From positions 1-40,708 of the forward strand of contig CAZPDU010000027.1 of the NCBI GenBank assembly GCA_964585405.1: 40,708 nucleotides of DNA. The letters are read 5' to 3'. Positions 34,061 through 40,708 of this stretch are shown here, one piece after another (within the stretch, counting starts at the first letter, position 1; each line of letters begins with the position of its first letter). The position numbers were made by a program, and so were the translations under genes. This DNA is from an uncultured Thermodesulfobacteriaceae bacterium. GTDB taxonomy: Bacteria; Desulfobacterota; Dissulfuribacteria; Dissulfuribacterales; UBA3076. Under the pieces are notes generated by a model. That model had not been told where the DNA came from and searched no databases. It saw only the letters and a list, made by a program, of their open reading frames with translations.

Positions 34061-34858
34061 TTACTTGACAAGATTGTGCGCATCTAAATGACAATCCAGG
34101 CAATTGGGCATTTTTTCGTGAACTGAGGCCGAGTGTGGTTTGCCGTGGCATGTCTCACACTGAGGTATAAAACCATGGACTTCCTTATGACAGAATGCAC
34201 AGGTAAAGGTCTTATGTGCCGTTTCGGTCTGGTTCATAAGATCGCCAACTCCCTCGTGGCATGGCGTACAGTAAGACCTTGGTGTTTCATCGGCATAATG
34301 GATTACCAGTGGCTTATGTACTGGGTGACATCCCAGACAATCCGTTGTTGTCTGACCCTGAGTGTGTGGTTCGTGACACAGGGAGCAGTCGGGAATTTCT
34401 CCGTGGGTTGTGTGACAGAAAGTACAGGCTACCTCTGTGTGTTTGCTTGGATAGTCCTGAAGTTCCTGGCCCTGTTCAGGGTGACAGGTCAGACAGGCTG
34501 CGGTGATGTTGTCATCGAGTTGTAATGCCAGGGGCTGGTGAGGATCGGAATGGCAGGAAAGACAGTTTTCTAATTCATAGTGTGGCTTACCTGCGTGACA
34601 CATGGAACACTGAGGAATCGTTTCCGTCCCCAATGGCGGGTGCTCTATGTGGCAGTCCAAACAACCCACAGCCGTCTTGTGCAGGCCGCCGTTCTTCTCT
34701 ATACTTGCGGATTCTGCCTTGTGACATTTTATGCAGTCGGAATTTTGAAGGCTTACGACATTCTGCGCCAAGGCAAAAGCGCTGAATGCAGTAACAATTG
34801 TTGCAGATAAAAAGAATGTATTTATAATTTTACTAAACGTTGCAGTTTTGTTTTTCAT
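34061..34858 (-). CDS. dodecahaem c-type cytochrome, periplasmic/secreted
   Basis: 265 aa with 12 CxxCH motifs and a Sec-type signal peptide ending in ALA-Q. Its inter-motif spacing pattern matches that of the downstream paralogue. Confidence 0.9.
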   Translation of the reverse strand: MKNKTATFSKIINTFFLSATIVTAFSAFALAQNVVSLQNSDCIKCHKAESASIEKNGGLHKTAVGCLDCHIEHPPLGTETIPQCSMCHAGKPHYELENCLSCHSDPHQPLALQLDDNITAACLTCHPEQGQELQDYPSKHTEVACTFCHTTHGEIPDCSLCHEPHTQGQTTTDCLGCHPVHKPLVIHYADETPRSYCTPCHEGVGDLMNQTETAHKTFTCAFCHKEVHGFIPQCETCHGKPHSASVHEKMPNCLDCHLDAHNLVK

Positions 34859-35154
34859 CCCTCAGCACACCTTCCTCAACCGGGACCTTTTTTGTTGACA
34901 GATCCCAAAAATTGAATTTTCATTCAGTTTTGCTGCAGATTATATCCCCTAATGGCAAAACGATGAATCAAACAGACCCTCACACTTTTCAGAAAACACT
35001 TCCACCGCACATTAAAATGGCATGTTCTAATTTGATAGATATACCATTTATTTTCCCAAACATTCAAATAGCAAACCACCCCTCTATTTGTCAAGTAATA
35101 ACTTCGACCACCACTTAATATTTGCAGCTTAATAATTGCATCGAGCGTCAACGC

Positions 35155-35190
35155 ATAAAAAATCCCCGGGAAAAACGACCGGGGATTTTA
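35155..35190 (-). terminator. Rho-independent terminator after the PEP-CTERM protein gene
   Basis: AAAATCCCCGG (35159-35169) pairs perfectly with CCGGGGATTTT (35179-35189) around a 9-nt loop. On the minus strand the stem runs into UUUUUUA. Confidence 0.85.
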
Positions 35191-35221
35191 CAGGAATATA
35201 GCTAGTATGTGTTGATTATGT

Positions 35222-36046
35222 CTATCCGGTTTTTTTGTTAAACCTCTTGCGGCCAAAGGCGATCATGCCGAAGAGACCAGAACCTACAAGCAATACCGTG
35301 GCAGGTTCGGGGACCGGGGCGCTCCCGTTACCCATAAGATTATCATTACCGCATTCCATGGTAAAGTGTACTGTAAAGTCCTGTAAATCAGCCCCGGCAT
35401 CTATAAGATCACAGAGATCTATGGCCACCGCGTTGTGTGTTCCGCCCAGAAGACCGCCCACATCAGTATCCGCCAGGCCGGTGTAATATGTAAAACCGTA
35501 GCCGTCTATGTTGCCTGCAAGGTCCCCGCCAGAGTTATAGGCCACCGGATTTGATTCGTCATTCTGTCCATAATAAACCGATACAGTTGATGATTCGTTC
35601 AAACTATAAATATGATAACGGTTAGTTGCAAAATTAAGCCTCAGTGCATATTCGTATCCAAAATTGTTGTTTAAAATGCCGTATCCACTTCCACTGCCCT
35701 GATTTGCGGTTCCATATTCCGCATCTCCGTTCGTATCAATAAATATATCCCCTGATTCGAACAATAAACCATTTCCCCATACACCATTTAAAAAATCGTA
35801 ACCGCCCACCATGGTCAGTATTGTACCATCAAGGAAAAAACCTTCCAGGTCCCACATTTGCCCTGTAACACAGTTGGGTGCAACCTCCTGGTCTTCCTGA
35901 GCACCATACCATCCGGTGCCAGAACCGACTCCGTCATACATGGTTATGTTAGTTCCCAGAGAGAGTGCAGAGACAATTCCTGTGGTGCCCAAAACCATTA
36001 AAATAGAAAATAAAAAGATTTCTAAAGACCTTTTCTTACTTTTCAT
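35222..36046 (-). CDS. PEP-CTERM sorting-domain protein (secreted, exosortase substrate)
   Basis: 274 aa with a signal peptide. The C-terminus VPEPATVLLVGSGLFGMIAFGRKRFNKK has the PEP motif, a TM helix and a basic tail. The SD GGGGA lies 5 nt upstream of the ATG. Confidence 0.85.
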   Translation of the reverse strand: MKSKKRSLEIFLFSILMVLGTTGIVSALSLGTNITMYDGVGSGTGWYGAQEDQEVAPNCVTGQMWDLEGFFLDGTILTMVGGYDFLNGVWGNGLLFESGDIFIDTNGDAEYGTANQGSGSGYGILNNNFGYEYALRLNFATNRYHIYSLNESSTVSVYYGQNDESNPVAYNSGGDLAGNIDGYGFTYYTGLADTDVGGLLGGTHNAVAIDLCDLIDAGADLQDFTVHFTMECGNDNLMGNGSAPVPEPATVLLVGSGLFGMIAFGRKRFNKKTG

Positions 36047-36060
36047 TTTTATCCCCTTTC

Positions 36061-36082
36061 TTTTGGAATTCTAATTCCAAAA
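36061..36082 (-). promoter_or_regulatory. perfect 10-bp-arm palindrome in the predicted 5' UTR of the PEP-CTERM gene
   Basis: TTTTGGAATT-CT-AATTCCAAAA at 36061-36082. It lies between the predicted sigma54 transcription start (~36089) and the SD (36052-36056). Confidence 0.4.
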
Positions 36083-36099
36083 TTCTATTGCATATATTC

Positions 36100-36115
36100 A
36101 GCAATAATAATGCCA
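36100..36115 (-). promoter_or_regulatory. sigma54 -24/-12 promoter candidate for the PEP-CTERM protein gene
   Basis: The minus strand reads TGGCAT-TATTA-TTGCT, with GG and GC separated by 10 nt and one mismatch to TGGCAC-N5-TTGCW. The predicted start is near 36089, 43 nt upstream of the ATG at 36046. Confidence 0.65.
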
Positions 36116-36176
36116 TATTTTCAAGTAATTGATTTGCTTAATATTTTATAAAACTGTGATTGGCATAGATTTGAGT

Positions 36177-36230
36177 GGTGTAAAAAATTCCGACATTATT
36201 TCGTGACCGGAATTCCGATACTTTTACACC
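36177..36230. repeat. nested inverted and direct repeats; possible enhancer (UAS) for a sigma54 activator
   Basis: GGTGTAAAA (36177-36185) and TTTTACACC (36222-36230) form an inverted repeat. They enclose two copies of AATTCCGA (36186-36193 and 36211-36218) and the palindrome CGGAATTCCG. The element lies 62-130 bp upstream of the -24/-12 element. Confidence 0.35.
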
Positions 36231-36482
36231 GCTAAATTATATAATATATTGTAATCATAAATAAAAAATGAAATTTTCCAAAACGGCTCTGAATTTTTAT
36301 GAAAAATTTTACTAAAAATGGTGTCGAAATTCTTTACAGTTTTTAGAGGCATTTGGGGTTCTAAATCAGGATAAACTGTTCACTTCATACCTGACTGGTG
36401 AAGTTTGAATTCGGCCGTACATGAGGGTTTTGAGGTGCGGCGACCATCAAATCCCAGCGGTAATTTACGGGGAACCTGGGTT

Positions 36483-38594
36483 TCAGGTACTGTTAAAATT
36501 CCCGACACCTTTTGATAGCGGCAGACTCAACTTAAATCGGGCCCCGCCCTCAGGCACGTTTTCTGCCACTATGTATCCATTGAGGCCTGCCATGAGCTGC
36601 CTTACCTGCCAGAGGCCTATACCGCTGCCTTTGGGCTTGCTGGTCTTGAAGGGTTCGAACAGGGCATGGGGCAACAACTCCTGCGGAATTCCAGGACCGT
36701 TGTCAATAATCTCAATTATCGCCTGCTTGCGACCATATTCCCTGTTTGTCTTTATCTGCACCTCCGTTCCATCACCGCCTGCCTCCAGGACGTTAAGCAG
36801 CAGATTTTCCAAAATACTGGATAATAATCCAGAATCAGTGTGTGCATGTATTTCGCCCTGACATTCAAGACTGATTTTCAAGGCACCCATCTTCTTTCCC
36901 AAATGCCGGCAGCGGTCTTTAAGAAAATTACAGAGTTCCAATTCCTCCCATGCAGGCGCGCTTTCCCCCTTGAGCGCCCTTAAACGGTCTTGCACCTTGG
37001 CCATACGTTTCAGTGCATCATCAATGGCCTTCAGCATATCCTGCTGAAATTCGGGTTCATGGATATAATCCGGGGCATTATCCCTTACCAGAGAGAGCAT
37101 GGTAGCCGCATTCTTGACATCGTGGAGGACAAAGGCCGAAAGCCGGTCCCATGCATCTTTTTCACGAGTATGGGCAAGTTGCTCTGCCATGCGCACAGCC
37201 AGAAGAGCGGAAGCCGCCTGGGTTCCCAGGGCTGTCAAAAGGTCAAAATCATCCTGGCCGTATCGTCCTCCAGTGAATTCAGGCCCGATGCCTATTAACC
37301 CGACGAGCTGGTCACCGATGAAAAGCGGTGTCACTAATACCAGATTTAACTTTTCCAGGAAGCCCTTCTTTTTAGCCAATGTCTCTTTCCATGCATTATC
37401 AGGTTCATCTTCCCCAAGATGAAAATAAGTATGGGTCTCCAGGAATCGGATCAGTGGATCTTCCAGAGAAAGGGTATATTCATCGGCTTTACCATTTTGA
37501 TTCCCATCGAGGGAAATTGTTCTATAGCCACGTTCCCTGTCCCCCAGCCATATAATCAGTTTGGTCGTATAGAGACTGTCTGCCAGGACCCGGTGGAGGG
37601 CCTTTACCACCTCTGTTTCGGTTAATGCTCCCTGAAGCCGACGAGAAAGGGCCAGCCATTCGTCCCGATATTCATATTTGTTGACATAAAAATGTGTACT
37701 GATAAAAAAATGCACCCGTCTTCGCAGCTTTCCGGAACAGGCAAAGATGCCGAGCGCAACCAACCCCAGGGCCAGAAACAGCCAGCGCAGGACAAAGGGG
37801 AGTTCAAGCCCGAAGGTTCGCATTACCAGAGAGACAATTCCAAGGACCAAAAGATAAACAGCAAATACTAATGGGGTGACAAAGGAATAGACAACCTTTC
37901 TGGATACGAACATCTTGCGGTTCAACAGCCGATGGCGGGCTATTGCGTAAGACATTAGAGACCAGGAAAGGATTAGAAGCGCAGCGAGCAGAAATAAATG
38001 GTCGGGAATAAGACGAAAGTATGTAAGCCGGTAGGATGTCGCCCAGCACAGTGTTGCGCAGACCAGAAAGCTTCCGACTATCAGGAATTTATACTCCCAT
38101 CGATATGCAGGCGTCAGTGCACGCCAGAATTCCTCCAGGCGCCAGGCCGCAAACAGCATGGCTGTCAGGATAAAAATGGAATAAAAATATAGAGGATCAT
38201 AGAGGTCAAAGACCAGAATGCCATCTACTACTAGGAAGAAGGAATTATAGACCAGACAATAATAGGACAATCCAGTTATCAGCGTCCCCACAGAAATCTC
38301 AATATAAAAAGAGAGTCGGGAACCTGCGTTTGCAACAACGGTTGCTTTACGCAACCGATAGGCCAAATTAAACCATATAAGGGTAAATACAATTTCTGAA
38401 AAAAGGACCGCTGAAATCACATGCGGTTCCAGATTATAGGCCAAATAGATATATTCTACGGCCAGCAGAGGCAGGCTCAGCAGGGATTGCACCAGAGACA
38501 TGGAAAACAGGCGCTCTCCGGTTTTAAGCCGAATGGCAAAGAGGCAGGAGAGTAAGAGTAACAGATTCAGGGCATAAAAGAGATGGATCATCAT
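36483..38594 (-). CDS. prsK: PEP-CTERM system histidine kinase PrsK
   Basis: 703 aa. It has a polytopic N-terminal membrane domain (~300 aa), a GAF-like region, an H-box LSAFVLHDVKNAATMLSLV...EPEFQQDML that is characteristic of PrsK as I recall it, and an HATPase_c domain (DNGPGI, GSGIGL). Confidence 0.8.
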   Translation of the reverse strand: MMIHLFYALNLLLLLSCLFAIRLKTGERLFSMSLVQSLLSLPLLAVEYIYLAYNLEPHVISAVLFSEIVFTLIWFNLAYRLRKATVVANAGSRLSFYIEISVGTLITGLSYYCLVYNSFFLVVDGILVFDLYDPLYFYSIFILTAMLFAAWRLEEFWRALTPAYRWEYKFLIVGSFLVCATLCWATSYRLTYFRLIPDHLFLLAALLILSWSLMSYAIARHRLLNRKMFVSRKVVYSFVTPLVFAVYLLVLGIVSLVMRTFGLELPFVLRWLFLALGLVALGIFACSGKLRRRVHFFISTHFYVNKYEYRDEWLALSRRLQGALTETEVVKALHRVLADSLYTTKLIIWLGDRERGYRTISLDGNQNGKADEYTLSLEDPLIRFLETHTYFHLGEDEPDNAWKETLAKKKGFLEKLNLVLVTPLFIGDQLVGLIGIGPEFTGGRYGQDDFDLLTALGTQAASALLAVRMAEQLAHTREKDAWDRLSAFVLHDVKNAATMLSLVRDNAPDYIHEPEFQQDMLKAIDDALKRMAKVQDRLRALKGESAPAWEELELCNFLKDRCRHLGKKMGALKISLECQGEIHAHTDSGLLSSILENLLLNVLEAGGDGTEVQIKTNREYGRKQAIIEIIDNGPGIPQELLPHALFEPFKTSKPKGSGIGLWQVRQLMAGLNGYIVAENVPEGGARFKLSLPLSKGVGNFNST

Positions 38595-38827
38595 GGAAGC
38601 CGTCTGAAATGCCGAAAGTTGTCTAAAATGCCCAGGATTGAGATAAGTTTGGCATTATTCACGGCTATTCATGATGAGGATCTTATAAAAAGTCGATACG
38701 TACTTTGGTTGACGTACAATCTTGAAACAGCCGATTCTCTGAAGGCATAAATCCCATCCTACACAGTTACCTGCCTATGTCGCAGAGCTGCAAAATTATG
38801 TCTGACCAGGGTAGATTATTTGATGTC

Positions 38828-40639
38828 TTACGGCACAACGAAATAGGTCATCCAGAAATAATAATCGTCCAGATTCAGATCGCCTGCGGCTGTCACCAGG
38901 AGGTAGAGTTCATATGCCCCAGGAGGCCATGTTGAAACCGGGATATCCCCATACAGCGATTCATCTATGTCTCCCCATCCTGAACTTATCCAGGGTACAA
39001 GTCCGAATGACAGCAACTGAAAGCCCAGATCCGGCTTAACTATAAACACATCAGGATTTATTACCGGTGCATATATACCCAGGTATACGTCAACAGCCCC
39101 TGAAAAAGGGGGTAACCCAACCTGCAGGCTCAATATTCCACCTAAAACATCGCCCACTGCGAACGGCTTGCAAAGGCCTGCTTCCGGATTTTTTACAGGG
39201 GCTTCCACGGGGAAATATGGATATATATTCGATCCTGACGGCAAAGGCAGTGCAAACACAGGAATACCAAGGGCGCCGAAATCAGCTGTTACCGACTTGT
39301 CGGAATCCATTGTCAGTACACATATTCCGGAGCCTGAACAGTCTCCTGACCATTCGATGAACTGGGAAGTATAATTAGTACCGTCAATGGGCGTGGCCGA
39401 AAGAGCAACAGATTCGCCGGTGGCAAAATCATTACTGCACGTCACAGTCAATGTAATATTACTGCTTGTACAGTCTATCCCTGCGGGAGTACTTAAGACA
39501 TTGCCTGAACCGTTGATTGTAATGTCAAGTGTGTACTGTGCTTCTACCCATGGTGCATCAAAATAAAGGCCGTTTCTCCCTAAATAGGAGAAAACCACTC
39601 CCCCTCCAGTGGCTGATGCCCCGGGGGAATAAATTATTCTGGGGGCAACGTCTTCCGGCCAGGGTTGAACATCCTGATCGTTTACTACTTGAGTGCCTCT
39701 CCAACTGGATGGATCACCGGTGGATGTATACGTCCATACAGCGTCAGTTCCCAGTAACGGATCATCTTTAATATAGACCATGTCTACCCACTGGTTCGGA
39801 TAACCCCTATAGAACTTGATGTCCGCAATATATTCATCAATGCCGTCAACTGCAGAGACAGTATATTCCGCTGGGTCCCAGGTCTGCCCGGCATCGGGAC
39901 TGTATCTGAAATAGATGTCTATCTCATGCCCTCCACGGTCACGGTTGTACAGCACCCAGACACCCGAATCATCAACATTGGCTGCAGCAACACGGGGATC
40001 ATAGTCTTTGAAGACATTGTTGGTCAGACGTGTTTTGATATCCCACATGCCGCCACTGGCAGGCAACCTGAAGAAAGTTATCTCTGCAGGCGAGGCATAC
40101 TCTAAACCGGCATAGGTCCAGAACAGGTGATCCGAAGAGCCCGGACCATAAGCCAGGCTTTGTCTCTTTTCACCACCGGACCAGGACCAGTTTACCATTG
40201 GATTCCATGTCTGCCCGTTGTCATCCGAATATCTTACATATTGATTATCGCCATTCGATGTACCATCCATCCAGGTCACGAAAATCCTGCCGTCATTTAT
40301 GTTCTGCGTTATATCAAAACTGCCCTCAAGAACAGGCCCTATATCTACTACTGTATGATAGGGATCATAAACATCCAGAGGGACTCTCATCGAGATGAGG
40401 TTTTCATTGCTGTTTACAAAGAACACATCAAGGCCCTCAGGCGAATCATCATAAAGAAGCCTGATTCTCTCAAGGTCAGTACGCGGAGCAACACCTTCCG
40501 GTCTATTTGTTCCAAAGGTCGTCAACTGACTCCAGGTCTTACCGTGATTGCTTGACCGGTATACAAGGATAAGATGTTCTCCCTCTTGCTGAAAGGCTAC
40601 ATACATGTCGCCTGTCTTCACATTACTGAAGTTTCCCAC
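38828..40639 (-). CDS. BNR/Asp-box beta-propeller protein with an InlB-B-repeat-like domain and an unassigned C-terminal domain
   Basis: It has Asp-box motifs SSNHGKTW, SDDNGQTW and SPDAGQTW. The segment LDITINGSGNVLSTPAGIDC...FIEWSGDCSGSGICVLTMDSDKSVTADF resembles the divergent InlB B-repeat. The last ~150 aa are unassigned. The start is uncertain: GTG at 40639 or ATG at 40606, with no signal peptide and an in-frame TGA just upstream. Confidence 0.65.
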   Translation of the reverse strand: MGNFSNVKTGDMYVAFQQEGEHLILVYRSSNHGKTWSQLTTFGTNRPEGVAPRTDLERIRLLYDDSPEGLDVFFVNSNENLISMRVPLDVYDPYHTVVDIGPVLEGSFDITQNINDGRIFVTWMDGTSNGDNQYVRYSDDNGQTWNPMVNWSWSGGEKRQSLAYGPGSSDHLFWTYAGLEYASPAEITFFRLPASGGMWDIKTRLTNNVFKDYDPRVAAANVDDSGVWVLYNRDRGGHEIDIYFRYSPDAGQTWDPAEYTVSAVDGIDEYIADIKFYRGYPNQWVDMVYIKDDPLLGTDAVWTYTSTGDPSSWRGTQVVNDQDVQPWPEDVAPRIIYSPGASATGGGVVFSYLGRNGLYFDAPWVEAQYTLDITINGSGNVLSTPAGIDCTSSNITLTVTCSNDFATGESVALSATPIDGTNYTSQFIEWSGDCSGSGICVLTMDSDKSVTADFGALGIPVFALPLPSGSNIYPYFPVEAPVKNPEAGLCKPFAVGDVLGGILSLQVGLPPFSGAVDVYLGIYAPVINPDVFIVKPDLGFQLLSFGLVPWISSGWGDIDESLYGDIPVSTWPPGAYELYLLVTAAGDLNLDDYYFWMTYFVVP

Positions 40640-40708
40640 TTTTTTGAGGAGGTAAATCCGAAATCAATTTATGATGCCCGAATGGTCACCAAAAAATCCA
40701 ATGATTTC

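Noticed and set aside
36421-38192. Plus-strand ORFs antisense to prsK (36421-36861, 36990-37298, 37099-37422, 37419-37625, 37998-38192).
   Set aside because: They are embedded in the PrsK ORF, which carries clear H-box and ATPase motifs. Their translations are Arg/Ser/Pro-rich with no recognisable domain.
40646-40708. Plus-strand gene start at the right edge (GAGGAGG at 40646-40652, ATG at 40671).
   Set aside because: The SD-to-ATG spacing is 18 nt and only 12 codons are visible. The GAGGAGG is more simply the complement of minus-strand sequence between two same-frame ORFs.
1-40708. Mobile elements, CRISPR arrays, tRNA/rRNA/tmRNA genes, and prophage or defence-system genes.
   Set aside because: I scanned for T-loop-like GGTTCGA motifs, regularly spaced direct repeats, and transposase, integrase or recombinase-like translations. 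None was found. PKD repeats are diverged at the DNA level and are protein-domain repeats, not DNA repeats.

Overview
This 40.7-kb segment looks chromosomal and probably comes from an anaerobic Desulfobacterota-like genome; that placement is inferred from gene content only. I recognised no rRNA, tRNA, CRISPR array, transposase or integrase.

- **Left third:** the tail of an alpha-glucan phosphorylase and one 1728-codon MalQ-TreY fusion ORF. Next comes a three-gene polyamine cluster: an AdoMetDC-fold pyruvoyl decarboxylase, an agmatinase and a deoxyhypusine-synthase-like enzyme. A GAF-ANTAR regulator and three envelope proteins follow (DUF3015-like, DUF4105-like, and an alpha/beta hydrolase with a lipobox-like N-terminus).
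- **Middle:** a gene-poor stretch (about 13.0-16.7 kb) holding only small genes, including a dodecin and a small lipoprotein. It also contains an exact-consensus sigma54 promoter driving a short, terminator-bounded transcript with a chemoreceptor-tip-like mini-ORF. After that come a ChuW/HutW-like radical SAM enzyme translationally coupled to a flavodoxin-fold protein, a ybhGFSR-type efflux operon, and a PocR-PAS hybrid histidine kinase.
- **Right third:** a cell-surface and redox neighbourhood. It contains an FN3-PKD-DNRLRE surface protein behind a sigma54-type promoter, a rhomboid protease, a YihY protein and a HAD hydrolase. These are followed by two tandem dodecahaem cytochromes c built from three four-haem modules, a PEP-CTERM protein behind a second sigma54-type promoter with upstream repeats, PrsK without PrsR or an exosortase, and a BNR/Asp-box protein.

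The most unusual signals are the three sigma54 promoters with no enhancer-binding protein in the window, the candidate sigma54-dependent small RNA or mini-protein, the paired dodecahaem cytochromes, the MalQ-TreY fusion, and the polyamine cluster. All family assignments come from motif recognition by eye and need HMM or BLAST confirmation.
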